Shown piece after piece: positions 13,829 through 27,317 of a DNA stretch of 64,000 nt (within the stretch, counting starts at the first letter, position 1; each line of letters begins with the position of its first letter). This DNA is from Haliotis cracherodii (lineage: Eukaryota), in NCBI RefSeq assembly GCF_022045235.1, contig NW_027266273.1:3472001-3536000 (forward strand), written 5' to 3'. A program made the translations under genes and the position numbers. A model generated the notes under the pieces. The model had not been told where the DNA came from. It saw only the letters and a list, made by a program, of their open reading frames with translations, and ran no database searches.

Positions 13829-16241
13829 ATGACATCCAGTTCCGATGCCAATCGTTCGAGTGTTTCAGATGGCACTTTAGACAACCTTCATAAAGGAATG
13901 TCTTGTGCCTATCATAAACAAAGTGACGCTAGCAGTGACAGCCATGCTGAAACATCTGTGTCCGGTGATTATAGTGATGAATCGTCCACTTTACGGAGAT
14001 GCAGACGCAGAACAGATCAAATCCCAGGTGAGATGTCTCCTTCCTTTTCTTGTTATATGTGGTGGAATGGGGTTTAACGTCGCGTCCAAGATTATTGCAC
14101 TTATATAGCGACATGCATGTACGTATGTGTGTTTGTGTGGCTGCTTGTACTAGTCCGGAATGATGCCGATTGATAGTGCTAGCCCACTGAGATACCATGC
14201 CGCAGTTTAACATAAATACCCCACTCAGACACAGTATACTGACTCCTAGCCGACCAGTCCTTGTTTTAGCCCCTTAATGCAGAGCGCCAGACAGGGCAAC
14301 AACAAGTACCATCTTTTAACGTCTTTTAGTATGACGCGGCCGGGGATCGAACCCCGGACCTTCCGCTCTCCGGGCGGACGCTCTACCATTAGACCACGGA
14401 GGCGGTCTTTTTCTTGTTATAAGAAATAGACTACATAGTATATAGTAAATAGTGCCTGAAATAGCTTTCATTATCTTTTCAACACTGATTACATGCATGT
14501 CACATTCACGAGCATTTCACCTGTATTTAACCTATATTGGTTTGTTAAATCTCCACTGTTAACTTCTAATGTTGACGTTTAAAAAAAAGTTTATTTTCCC
14601 AACATCAAGATTCAGGGATACGAAATGTGGGGGTAAATGGGGTGGATTCTGTGTAGGTGTGTCATTTATAAGTGTGCCCTGGTCACTGTAGACTATGTGC
14701 ACGTGTTTATCGCCCAACGAAGGTGGCGGGGGATATAGAAACGGGCTCCGTCCGTCCGTCCGGCCGTCCGTCACGTTTCGTTTCCGGAGCATAACTCATA
14801 AACCGATTAATATTTTTTCATGAAACTCTGCAGGTCTGTCAGGTACATGCTGAACTGGTGCATTTTGTTATTTAGAAATTTTAGACATTTTTATTTTTTA
14901 CGTTTCCATGGCAACAAAATGGACTTAGGTTCTGTGAGGGTAGGGTTTGTTTCCGGAGCATAACTCATAAACCGTTCAATATTTTTTCATCAAGCTTTGC
15001 AGGTCTATCAGGGATATGCTGACCTGGTGCCTTTTGCTATTGAGACATTTAAGAAATATTTATTTTTTACGTTTCCATGGCCACAAGATGGACTGAGGTT
15101 CCAAACTCATCTTTTTTTTACACTTTCCATGACAAGTTCCACCTCGGTTAGAAAAGGTTAGGGTTTGTTTAGAGTAATTATGTCATAAATTCTGAAACAG
15201 GGGCGGGGTATATAGCCACGTTAGTGGCAAACTCTTGTTTTCATTTACAAAAAATACTTCATCGCTAATCTCTGTTACCCAGATGAAGTAACTGTTGATG
15301 AGCATCAGCCGCTACCTTCCAGTAATTATCAGAAGGATTTGCCAATAGACATTATGATGAACATTCAAAAACAACAAGGTGAGACTAAATGAAAATGAGA
15401 AGGGAAGATGCTTGATAATGAAGTAAAACGAGAGGGTGATTGAAAGAGTATCCTTTGCTTGGTGTAAAGAGTGAGCGAGTATGGTTTTACGCCGCTTTTA
15501 GCAAGATCACGGCGGAGTAAATTTTGGCATGTCTTTGATTTAGTAATAATATTATGTTGCATGTCGAAGACATATTGCATATTTCTATTCAGTTGGTAGA
15601 GTGGGCACGTCTAAGCTTAAGACGCCGGGATTTGCTGTGCAGATTTGCGTCCCTTGGGCACGCCAGAAACCTATGATTGTGGGTTCGAATCCCGCTTCGC
15701 CAGGATTATGTTTCTAGGTTTGTGAGCACCATACCCGTGTTCGTGGGTTTCACCGAAGTGGTAAACGTCTGAGACCTGCATCACTTCGGGATATCTTCCC
15801 ACATTAAGCTGACACGTCGTGATATAACTGGAATGCTGTTAAAAGCGGCGTTAAACCCAACTCACTCACTCAGTTGGCAGAAAGTATTAAATGTGTGTTG
15901 GTAATGCCAGGTAACATTCTATTCAACATGTTTGACCATACGCTCGTACATTGCGCATGATGAATGAATAAGATCATTGTACACTCATACACCTGTACAT
16001 ATACAGATCCCAAGTTTATGTGTTAATGTAGGACGTGGTTCTGTCCATGTCATCATTTTCATTTAATTTCTTCGACATTCTTTCTACGGACATTTAACGA
16101 GACGAAGGAAAGCATAGAGAAAGCATGAAATGTTTATTAAATAATACACATTCATTTCTATGTACGTTGAGACCGCCTCCGTGGTCTAGTGGTAGCGTTC
16201 GGCATTTAGGGGCTAAAACAAGGACAGGTCAGCTCGGAGTC

Positions 16242-16282
<41 letters not shown>

Positions 16283-17874
16283 ACATGCACGTCGCTATAT
16301 TAGTGCAATAATCCTAGACGCGATGTTAAACCCAATTTCACCCACCTATGTACGTTAACATGTGGTAATAAAAATGTCATGTAGTTTATTCTGGAAAAAA
16401 GTATTGTTGGCATGGTGTCATTTTTCTGTTCGACAGACACACTACTGAAGGAGATGAGGGAGATAAAAGACACGCAGAAGGAGATTCAACGAGATTTAGC
16501 GAGATTGAAAGGTAAATGTTGTCTTATTAAAATCTTATCATCTAATGTCCATGCTAATGCCCATGCTACTTCCCAATTCACAAACCCGTGAGGATTCCGG
16601 GGTAGAATAGGTCTTCAGCAACCTATGCTTGCCGTAAAAGGTGACTATGCTTGTCGTAAAAGGCGACTAACGGGATCGGGTGGTCAGGCTCGCTGACTTG
16701 GTCGATGCATGTCATCCATCCCAATTGCGTGGATCGATGCTCATGATATCAATCACTGGATTGTCTGGTCCAGACTCGATTATTTACAGACCGCCGTCAT
16801 ATAGCTGGAATATTCCGGAGAGCGGCGTTAAACAACCAACCAACCAAACCAATCCTAATTCACATCACAGTCATCACTCGTTATACCAAGGCTTGTATTT
16901 TGTGCAAATAGTGTGACACGGTGGTGTGAGGTACTGGAATTACAAGTACAGATCGTTGAGATCTGATTGTCGTGGCTTCGAATCCCACATGCGCTCCGAT
17001 TATTATCCTTGGTCAAAGTACCGTACCATGTCAACATAGTCTCATCATGTTCTCTAAGCAGGTTTTCTTTACGTAAATGTATAAAGCGCAACATCCAATG
17101 ATGACATGATACGAAGTTTGGTTATCTGTTTCCATTTTAGGCGGCAGTGGTCATGGTGACAACAGTGTGACGGGTCTTAACTATGAAAGACGTGCCCGAT
17201 ATTCAGTGAGTATGATCCAATATATATCCCGTAGAGTATGATTCTGCCAAATACAAAGAAAAACAGTAATGTTTTGTAAGTCAAGCCGAATATGGCTCAT
17301 TTAAAAGAACAGTGTCACTTAGCTATTTGTAATCGAATAGGCAATTATTCATCATTCAGACCATATAAGGACATTTGTATGCACATATTATACATGTTAT
17401 TTGTGTATATTTTGCCCGTGAAGATCCGGGATAGAATAGGTCTTCAGCAACCCATGTCTGCCGTAAAAGGTGACTCGGATGGTCAGGCTCGCTGACTTGG
17501 TTGATGCATGTCATCGATCCCAATTGCGTGGATCGATGCTCATGATGTCAATCACTGGATTATCTGGTGCAGACTCGATTATTTACAGACCGCCGTCATA
17601 TAGCTGGAATATTGCTGAGTGCGGCGTTAAACAACCAACCAACCAATCATGTATATTTTGTTCGATATATATGACAAGAATAAAAAGACCTTTTATGCAC
17701 AAGAAATATTTCAACGATTATGTTCCAAGTAAGTCTCATATGAGCTAAAATATGTTGCAGATCCGTCCTCTGAGCACAATATACACACAAATGTCAACTG
17801 AAATTCAAGAAACACCATTTTCGGGATCATCGTCAGAAGATACAAAAGAAGATGTTTTCATTACCAAACTTTAA
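13829..17874 (+). CDS. Unknown 5-exon protein ORF2 copy A (182 aa); exons 13829-14027, 15283-15378, 16437-16511, 17141-17205, 17761-17874
   Basis: All introns are GT-AG with phases 1,1,1,0 and the frame stays open. Translation MTSSSDANRSS...DEVTVDEHQPLP...DTLLKEMREIKDTQKEIQRDLARLK...GLNYERRARYS...IRPLST...DVFITKL*. The same exon structure occurs in three paralogs. Confidence 0.85.
14060..14407 (-). mobile_element. SINE family 1 in ORF2-A intron 1
   Basis: Full-length reverse copy. Confidence 0.85.
14708..15237 (+). mobile_element. Helentron/DINE-1-type non-autonomous element (HINE) in ORF2-A intron 1
   Basis: 5' ttatcgccc..., (GTCC)n microsatellite, two ~165-bp internal tandem repeats, 3' gggcggggtata plus hairpin gccacgttagtggc and cttgttt. 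Inserted in a T-run; the paralogous site near 44745 is empty. Confidence 0.75.
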
Positions 17875-18491
17875 AAATGTCATGATTGTGTGAGCACTGA
17901 GCAGCACGAACTGTCATAAACAGTATAAGTGCCTTGGCGACACATGTTAAGTCAGTTTATCGCCGATATGAAGCTGTGCAATTGACAATTAGACGGAAAG
18001 TCAAATCTTTAATGTTTTCGGAAGTTTGTGAAGTGTTTACGACAATAGTGAATGAGCGTAGCATGGCAACGGTCTTTACGACATGACGTAACGCAACGAA
18101 GTTACAATACAGTGAGTTTAACAGCACAGAATGCCATCGATGGAATGTCACTGCATGAGGGAAAGACGGAATGTTCATCACAAGCTTTTAACGATTTGCT
18201 ACATATCAGCACACAAACATATATACAAATTTAAGTACCATTAATTATATCGTTTTGTGAAACTTTAACGGGATGAGTTATTTCCTTATAAGCCTCTATT
18301 AGCACGAGGCTATGTATAGTCAATTTGCCTCGGCAGTTGACCCCATGTGTTTCACCTTTGTAAAAATGAGATGCCTCAGAATTTTATAATTCCTATCTTC
18401 TCAGGCAGATCCCATTTCAATATATGCACTGCACAGTTTACGCAATAACTTGTGTTTATACCTTCTGCTTAGTTTCGAATACAGACCCTGA

Positions 18492-18764
18492 GACCCGTGA
18501 AGATTCCGGGGTAGAATAGGTCTTCAGCAACCCATGCTTGCCGTAAAAGGCGACTATGCTTGTCGTAAAAGGCGACTAACGGGATCGGGTGGTCAGGCTC
18601 GCTGACTTGGTTGATACATGTCATCGGTCCTAATTGCGTGGATCGATGCTCATGATGTATCTCACTGGATTGTCTGGTCCAGACTCGATTGTTTACAAAC
18701 CGCCGTCATATAGCTGGAATATTGCTGAGTGCGGCGATAAACAACAAACTAACCAACCAACCAA
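18492..18764 (+). mobile_element. SINE-like family 4 (~270 bp), about 30 copies or fragments, e.g. 6478-6741(-), 9085-9350(-), 9682-9930, 10852-11108, 11666-11922, 16584-16852, 17415-17647, 20608-20876, 22815-23050, 24332-24610(-), 29460-29712(-), 46081-46343, 57479-57752, 61321-61580(-)
   Basis: Recurrent consensus acccgtgaagatccgggg...cttgtcgtaagaggcgactaacgggatcggg...ggaatattgctgagtgcggcgttaaac followed by (AACC/AAAC)n. It explains the many MVRLADLVDACHRSQL-type ORFs. Confidence 0.9.
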
Positions 18765-21700
18765 CAGACCCTCAAACAATAATATCTAAACATCACAAGG
18801 AAGTCTGTATCTATAATTGTTTTGCCAGATATATTTTTTTCTGTTCAGTATTAATGAATAGATTCTATAAGCTCATTTCAGCTCTATATTAAAAGATAAC
18901 TTAAAACGAAATCTTAAGTATATTCATTTAAGAGACTAAAGGTTAGTCTAACTTCTTTATTACACAACATGTATGCTTTCACAATGTTCATATTTATCAT
19001 GATAAACATGATAGCTGTATATTTTACAATTGTAAAGATAGAAACTGATCACGTCGATGATGTTTCCTTTTCATGGACTTTTCTGTTGCATATGCTTCTA
19101 TCCTGATCCATATGTAACGATTCACCCGTGACGATCCGGGGTACAATAGGTCTTCAGAAACCCATGCTTGCCGTAAAAGGTGACTATGCTTGTCGTAAAT
19201 GGCGACTATCGGGATCGGGTGGTCAGACTCGTTGACTTGGTTGATGCATGTCATCGATACCAATTGGGTGGATCGATGTTCCCCATGTCAATCACTGGAT
19301 TGTGTGGTCCAGACTCGAGTATTTACAGACCGCCGTCATAAAACAACAAACAAATGCAACGTGTCTGAGTCGGGCATTTATGTTACTGCTATTGTCTGTG
19401 AACCTGCACTAGCACGTGATAATGATCACCTCATCTCACATCAATGTCCACGATGCAACAATTTATATTGTAATTATACAAATAACTTGATATCAATACA
19501 ACAAATTATATATATTTTATTAAATCACAAAAATAGCCTCTTTGAACCTAACCTCATTTCAGTAATGATATCACAGCGTGATTAAGTTTATAAGATTTTG
19601 TCGGCCATAGAATTTAACCACATTGATGTAACCGCGGAGCACGGATATGGTGCGCACAAACCTGGAAACATGATCATGGCGAATCGGGGATTCGAACCCA
19701 CTATCATCAGTTTCGGCCACAGGGAATTGCTACGCCTAAGACTGATAACCAGGGTAAAATCGAGAAACAATACTTAAAATATGCATCACTGTAATTTCTG
19801 TATGAATAAATTTGCAGTTGAAATTGACATCACCAATACGTTGAAACAGTAGGCGCCATGTCCGGCTTCGTAATTATAGAGTTTGGGCGGTCGTGTAGCC
19901 TAGTGGTTAAAGCGTTCGCTCGTCACGCCGAACATCCAGGTTCGATTCCCGACATGGGTATATTGCTGGAATATTGCTAAAAGCAGCGTGAAATCAAACT
20001 CACTCATTACAGAGTGGAGTGCACTCATTTGTTTTCTTAATGACTATATGTACATAAAATTAAAATAAATTCTCAATGCAATAGAATAACCACTCTGGAG
20101 TATCCGCCCAAACAGTTTCCATGAGGCGTGATGACTCCAGGTGTAGCCGTGTTGTTTAATCCTCCATAGTGAAATCAGACATTGTGGCAGTGCAAATGTA
20201 AGCGTTATCTTATCAATGAAGAAGTGAAGCATTTCATTAAAGTTTTAGCACTAAACTTCAGATAGCATTTGCTTTCAGTTTTGACAAATTGACCTGCACC
20301 TCTGAAGATATATATGTAGCTATATCTATGGTCACCATGTTTTGTAACAAAAGCCACATATCAAATGTATTGACAAAACCTGGTTCTTTTTTTTAGATTG
20401 TAAAGAGTCCATTGCGATTTTGGGAATCATGTATTAATTCCACGTATCTCAAATACTTTCTGTGACTATAAAGAAAGTCCTTCATTTATTGTATTGGGGA
20501 TTATGGTTAATCGATTATGGTTGCAAGACCAAGCAACATCTCTCTCATAATAAAGAATTCGACACCCATATATTCTCTTCCTTATGTCTCTCTTTGTCTT
20601 TATACAGGACCTGTGAAGATTCCGGGATAGAATTATTATAGGTCTTCAGCAACCTACGCTTGCCGTAAAAGGCGACTATGATTGACGTAAAAGGCGACTA
20701 ACCGGATCGGGTGGTCAAGCTCGCTGATGCATGTCATCGATCCCAATTGCGTGGATCAATGCTCATGGTGTCAATCACTGGAATGTCTGGTCCAAACACG
20801 ATTATTTACAAACCTCCGTCATATAGCTGGAATATTGCTGAGTGCGGCGTTAAACAACAAACCAAACCAAACCAAAAGTCTTTGTACAGATTTTTATGGA
20901 GTTGAGGAATCCAGTTCAAAGAGGAATGTACATTTCTTCAGGTTAAAGTTGATGGTTGTTTGGCTGGTTGGTTTGTTGTTTAGCGCCGCACTCAGCAATA
21001 TTCCAGCTATATGACGGAGGTTTGTAAATAATCGTGTCTGGACCAGACATTCCAGTGATTGACACCATGAGCATTGATCCACGCAATTGGGATCGATGAC
21101 AGCAATATTCCAGCTATATGACGGCGGTCTGTAAATAATGGAGTCTGGACCAGACAATCCAGTGATTAATATCATGAGCATCGAGATCGCAATTGTGATC
21201 GATGATATGCATCAACCAAGTCAGCGAGCCTGACCACCCGATCCCGTTAGTCGCCTTTTACGACAAGCATTGTCACCTCAAAGTTTATGGAACTGATGCA
21301 ACAGAAAAAGCAACATCAATCAGATACGCATTATATCGGTTGTGTGTGGCTTTTGTTTGTCAACTAAAGACCGTGTATAACTCACGGATGTCTAATGTGC
21401 CCTGCTCCGTGCATGAACTTTCTGCTTCCCGTCCGATTGCCTGACATTGAAGGATATGTAGATCAGATTGTCGTTTGAGTGATGTAAACTGACTGCTCAT
21501 TGGCCCTCCCTCGTTTCTCTCTCGCTGGATCAAGGCCTTGCTTGATTTGTTTGCGACAACACCGCAGAGCGGCCCTGTGTATTCACAGGCGATGGAAGAG
21601 CTTAATTTTTACAAACCCGTAAAGTGTTTACGATGCGGCAACAAAAGCTGAAAGAAGGCTTGCCGACATACAATATGAAGCGCTATTAAAATCATGCTTT

Positions 21701-21957
21701 AAACAAACGTTACTGATTGATTGAAAGAATCTTTGTCTTTCGGTCTTTGTGACATGATAGTTAACCTCTTCAAGTCCTTTATCAGAGTGATGATTGCCAA
21801 AAGAAATGTCACTACACAGAGAAGTTGCTTTTAAATCATCAATGTTAATCAGAGACATTATTTCGATTTGAAACCTCTGAATGACCCATCCCAATCATGT
21901 ATGCTCTGCAGTCATTGTAATATGCAGCAGCATCTCCAACGATCCTCTCGGTGTAAG

Positions 21958-24900
21958 TTAAAGACTTGTGATCACAATGTCTGCATCTGGTTTAAATACC
22001 CATGATTCCGAATTGGGTGTTTGAGTTTCCACTGAAAAGTTGGTTTGTGTACCAGCTGTACTCAGAGGACGAACCTGCAACAGTGGAAGTAAACTACTCA
22101 ACTTTTGATAAGGATACTGGGATACTTTATTCTTCTATAGTACATATAATGATTAATGACATAATAAATGGGGTAAATCAAGAAAATAATAAAAAATACC
22201 CCTATCAAAAGGTGAGTAGTATAATATAAACAAAACCTAGCAAGCTCTATCCTGACTGTGTTTACTCTAGACTTTGATGCTTCAAACACAATCTCATTAA
22301 AATCAAATCTAAGTTCTCGCTGCCGCTAAACAAAGATCTGAGGACATCCCATTTCGGACATCCCATTACGGGTCACGTCAGAACGACCTTTCGCAAACTT
22401 TGACCGCCAACTGAAACGAGTAACAAGAAGTCGACATCAGCCAATTAGAAAGCAGCTTTCTCGAGCTTTACGGCACTCGTTTCAACCTGGCGACTTCCAT
22501 TTCAGACTACGCTTGAAAAATATGTTGACACAGTTCTGGATTAAAATTTTGAAAACAGAACAAACGAACATTCCAGAATATCTAATATATGGTTGATTGT
22601 ATGACAGTGCTTCCCACATACTGTGCAGCGCCTCCTCCGTTCAAATGTTTATCCCACGGAAGCGGGGGGTAATTTTGACGGAATCAGTCGTACGGGCCGA
22701 AACTGTCGTCCGGGATACCCCGTGTAAACGTTTTCGAGGTTGCATGATTAGAAAACACATTCAGACTGTCACTTTCATGATCTGGTAAGCGACGCTTTGA
22801 TTGGCCGGATGAAAGGTCTTCAGCATCCCATGCTTGCCCTAAAAGGCGACTATGCTTGTCGTAAGAGGCGACTAACGGGATCGGGTGGTCAGGCTCGCCG
22901 ACTTGGTTGATGGATGTCATCGATCCCAATTGCGTGGATCGATGCTTATGGTGTCAATCACTTGATTGTCTGGTCCAGACTCGAATATTTACAGACCGCC
23001 GTCACATAGCTGGAATATTGCTGAGTGCGGCGTTAAATCACAACAACAAAAATAAAACATTTACAGGTCCCATTGTAAGCATAGATCTGTAATTAACGGC
23101 AGCGTGGAAAAACACTCCCTCAATCACTGACAACTATAACCATGGAATCATACTCACTGCATACTGGGCACGTCTCTGGTACGGTTCATAGTTCAGCGCC
23201 ATTACGTCACCATCACCACCGCTACCTACACAGAATATCCCCACGGGGTGTTAAGACAAGGTCCACTATACTGGAGTTTACCGCCCGCAATGTGTATACA
23301 CACACATACACACACCAAAGAAAATTGTGCTGCGAGTCCAATAGAATCCAAAGATCTATTCTGAAAGCGAATCTCATTAAAATCAGATCTTAGTTCTCGC
23401 CAAACAAAGATCTGAGGACATCCCATTACGGGTCACGTCAGACCGACCAATGGAATGACTAACAATAGTCAATCAGAAGGCAGCTTAATCGAGCTTAAAG
23501 GGGCTAATTTTAAACTGGCGACTACGCTTCGAAACATATTTTGACGTATGATCGATTACAAAATGAAAAAAAAGAAGAAAAAAGAACATTAAGGAATGGC
23601 TAATAGATGGTCTAGATTGTATGAATACAGACATAAAGCCCATAACTGTTGTCCGGAATACACTGTGGTATTTTTCGAGGTTGCGCGATAAAAACATCAT
23701 GTTCCAAATGTCACTTTCATGATCTGATAAGCGATGCTGTGATTGGTCAGATGAAAGGTCGTTCTGACATGACCTGCAATGGGATGTCCTCAGATCTTTA
23801 TTAAGCGGTAGCGAGAACTAAATTCTGAATTTAATGATATTGTCCGAAAGCCAAATTAAATTTGATTACGTATTCTATTGTTATTCATACAGTCTCATGC
23901 CGCCTCAACCCCGTTTGTAACCTATACTGACGTAAATAGCCTAATCCCGGCCCTGTCCGTTGCATGTACTCACCCATGCTCAATCCCCACCAGTAGCCTA
24001 TATTGACCCAGGCAGTTTAATCCCTGTCAGTTGCCTATACTGACCCAGCCAGCTTAACCCCTGTCAGTAGCCTATACTTACCCAGTCAGTTTAATCCCTA
24101 TCAGTAGCCTATACTGACCCAGGCAGTTTAATACCGTCTGCCAGTAGCACATCCTGGATCAGGTGGACTAGTTACTCGGTGACTGCATGTCATCACAGTT
24201 ACATGGCGTTGGGGGCTTGTCTGGCTTGTCTGGGCCAATATTGTTAAACAACAAGCACACTACAAAGAAGAGGGACTTCGACCAGTGTGAACTGAATGGC
24301 GAAACCCCAAAGTGACGCAGTTTAACACTTTAGTTGGTTGGTTGGTTGGTTGGTTTGTTGTTTAACGCCGCACTCAGCAATATTCCAGCTATATGACGGC
24401 GGTCTGTAAATAATCGAGTCTGGACCAGACCATCCAGTGTGATTGATATCATGAGAATCGATCTACGCAATTGGGATCGATGACATGCATCAACCAAGTC
24501 AGCGAGCCTGACCACCCGATCCCGTTAGTCGCCTTTTACGACAAGCATAGTCACCTTTTATGGCAAGCATGGGTTGCTGAAGACCTATTCTACCCCGGAA
24601 TGTTCACGGGTATACCACTTTAGTGACCAAGGGACCAAGGGTCATAGTCGGAGCGAGTGTGGGATTCGAAACCACGAACTGCGGATCGCAACTGTTTGAA
24701 CAGCTAATTGCCTCACAAATGAAAATCACCTCTGCCAACTTGCACAAAGCGATCTTAGTGCTAAGACTATCGTAAGCCTATGTTAAAGTATGGGACTTAA
24801 GATCATCGTAGTGCTAAGATTGCTTTGTGCAAGTTGGCCCTGATCTAATAAGGGATGGCTGTCATGTGAATTAGGAAGCTCAAGTGATAAGATTTTCACG

Positions 24901-26413
24901 AAAATTTTCACTGTAGGTACCTTTCAATCTCATCAAATCTTGTTGAAGCGTCCTCTGTGTGTCTTTGATCTCCCCTATCTCCTTCAAGAGTGTGTCTGTT
25001 GAAAGAAAGAAATAACACCATAGTAATAAAACTCATTTCAAAGTAAACCTTTTGACATGGTTATCAGTCCGTTGTAAGATTCCAACTATATCATAAGCGT
25101 TGGCTCATAAATCAATATCTGTTAGTTAACATAAGTTAACATACATAGAGGAGCACCTTTATACATTAGTTTGTTGTTTAACGCCGCACTCAGCAATATT
25201 CAAACTATATGACGGCTGTCTGAAAAATAATTGCCTTGTAGTTGGCCTACAACCATTATAAGATCACCATTTCATAAATTATTTCCAAAATGCAGTGTGT
25301 CACTGATTTATGCCTCACCTTTTAATGCATCGAATTGTGTTTGCATTTGGATCTTGATTTGCTCCAACAAATATTTCTGATTACCATCCTGGGGTAGCAT
25401 CGCTTGCTCACAAATAATGTCCTCATCTTGTCAACAGAAAATAAAACCAAGTGTAAAACGAGACTTTGGAACTTGAATTGTCATAAGCGTTATACATTAT
25501 CAATTCTTACAGTGGTAGCCTGTATTTCTTCTTCTCTATTCTTACTATTATTATTATGTGCAGATTAAAATAAGAAATGCAAAAAGAGGATTTCGGTGAT
25601 CCTGGCACAGTCAGACTGGTTAGGCTCATCATCAGCTCAGGGTCCTTGCCTCCTCTACACGCAACCCAGACAGCGAATGGGACTTCTCCCAGGAAGCGCT
25701 GCCTAGTCAGACCCACCCAGAACTTTGCGGAGAATGTGAAGACTCACCAACAGTGCAACCTTCTGCATTACCAAATGTCAGTCAACAGATTGGAAGGTAC
25801 CAAACCTAAGGCACTGAGAACAATTGGGAGTCGGACAACTTGGTACTTAGGGCAAGCGTGACGTCCGCATATTTGCCATGTTTTTCATGAATCTTGTCAA
25901 TCACATTGACGTTAAAAGGGACAGAAAATTCAATAATATAAATGATTTCATCAGGTTTGTTGGCCTGGATACATATGAGGCTGTATATGGGCCTATACCA
26001 AAGACATTTGTATTGATCATTTTCCATGACGCCCTCTACATATTCTGTGTCGTACCATGGATGGACCTCTGTGTCAAAACCACAAGCATGGCGAAGACGG
26101 TAATTAGATGATTGAGCCACTCCATCATGTCGCTAAAGATACTGTGTTTGTGCCAAAGCTGGACATCCACTGACAATGTTTTGGACAATCTCATTAAATT
26201 CATTACATAATCTACATTTCATGTTTACATTATGAAGCAAAATCACACATTGACAGTTTCAATTGCCTTTTCAGGCCAGTTGACCTCATCCAAGCGAAGG
26301 ACTCTGTAGGGTTGCTGACCATCTCAACACACTGCATATACACTCAGTATATGCAGTCTTTCAGATAGCCTCTCCTTGAAAAGCCACAAGCTATTATAAT
26401 TATAATTATTATC

Positions 26414-26444
<31 letters not shown>

Positions 26445-27121
26445 TTTTGTCCTCAAAATGATTTAATATGTTCATGCATAATTATAGCAATAATTCGTCA
26501 AGCAGTTTCTGTGAACAGCTGACATCAAAGAATTGGTAGCAAAACCTGGCTGGGCTAAAATTTCAATTCCCTGAACATTTTGAGATGGATAAGGGTGAAC
26601 GTGAACAAAATCATGAACATTGCATCTTCACTAGATGTCATAAGTCAGTTCCCCGAACACAATTCTGATGCGAACGTGGCGCAATGGTGGTGCGATAGTG
26701 GTTCGAAAGCAATCCTTTAAATATTTTGTTGCTGAAATGTCGGGGATAGTTTCTCGAAAGTGTTGCCAAAATACCGCGACATTAGGCAAGTTCTGTAATG
26801 AAAGTTTCAAATGATGTAATTGCCTTTGAAACCAAATAGTCATGTATCATTCCAAATACCGGTATACCGAATGTAATGAAAGGAACCAACCCCACCTGCT
26901 TTAGGATCCGATCTGTTCGTTACTTCAACACATTCGTCGTCTACGGCATATTCAGCCTCGTATATTCTGTTGTCGAATGTTTCAGTGCGCGAGTCGCTGC
27001 TCTCTTCACATGTAGATGAGTATCTTCTACTGTATGCACAACGCATACCGGGTCCCTGATGAAGGTTGTCCAACGCATCATCTGAATAACTCGAAAGATT
27101 TCCCTCTGAACTGGACGTCAT
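21958..27121 (-). CDS. ORF2 copy B (197 aa); exons 27121-26896, 25426-25319, 24995-24921, 23225-23158, 22074-21958
   Basis: GT-AG introns, phases 1,1,1,0, open frame: MTSSSEGNLSS...DEDIICEQAMLPQ...DTLLKEIGEIKDTQ...LNYEPYQRRAQYA...VRPLSTAGTQTNFSVETQT...DIVITSL*. Confidence 0.85.
22289..22819. mobile_element. Second copy of the same MITE, right TIR truncated at a SINE junction
   Basis: Homologous to 23369-23760; ends at aggtc, where a family-4 SINE begins. Confidence 0.7.
23369..23842. mobile_element. MITE with ~80-bp TIRs and 9-bp TSD (Mutator-like)
   Basis: TIRs aatctcattaaa...gaggacatcccatt / aatgggatgtcctc...tttaatgatattg. TSD tctgaaagc (23360-23368) / tccgaaagc (23843-23851). The paralog has an empty site tctgacagc at ~52571. 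Confidence 0.8.
24735..24842. mobile_element. Short palindromic MITE (~110 bp); further copies at ~29766-29877 and ~59625-59700
   Basis: Near-perfect hairpin gccaacttgcacaaagcgatcttag...ctaagattgctttgtgcaagttggc with GGCC-type ends. Confidence 0.65.
25545..26400 (-). mobile_element. 5'-truncated R4/Dong-like non-LTR retrotransposon (RLE domain) in ORF2-B intron 1
   Basis: Minus strand reads IVSGCPALAQTQYL*RHDGVA (zinc-knuckle/RHD region), then ENDQYKCLW...NKPD...IIEFSVP...EKHGKY (restriction-like endonuclease). Flanked by TAA/TTA triplet repeats. Confidence 0.75.
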
Positions 27122-27317
27122 TTTGATATACAAGGTTAGTGCACCAACACCTTACCAATACAAGAATGCGTTAATATGTTCCAGTATTGATGAGGCTAAA
27201 ATGACCCCAAATGAAACTGGTGTATGGGTGTCCTTAGTGTATTCCCAAGATGAGGAAAGGGACAGTGACACCCGTTTCAAGGTCCTTGATAGCGACGGAG
27301 ATGAATCTCAAATGAGA

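Noticed and set aside
13701-13831. Stop-codon read-through fusing Schlafen to ORF2
   Set aside because: Spacers of 125, 137 and 196 nt are not multiples of 3, vary in length and contain stops.
16680-17748. Recurrent ORFs MVRLADLVDACHRSQL... and MIHVIDPNCVDRC...
   Set aside because: Chance translations of the family-4 SINE; frames are not conserved across copies.
21628-21894. 88-aa minus-strand ORF just downstream of ORF2-B
   Set aside because: TTG start, and the paralogous region in D is interrupted by two SINEs and indels; likely 3' UTR.
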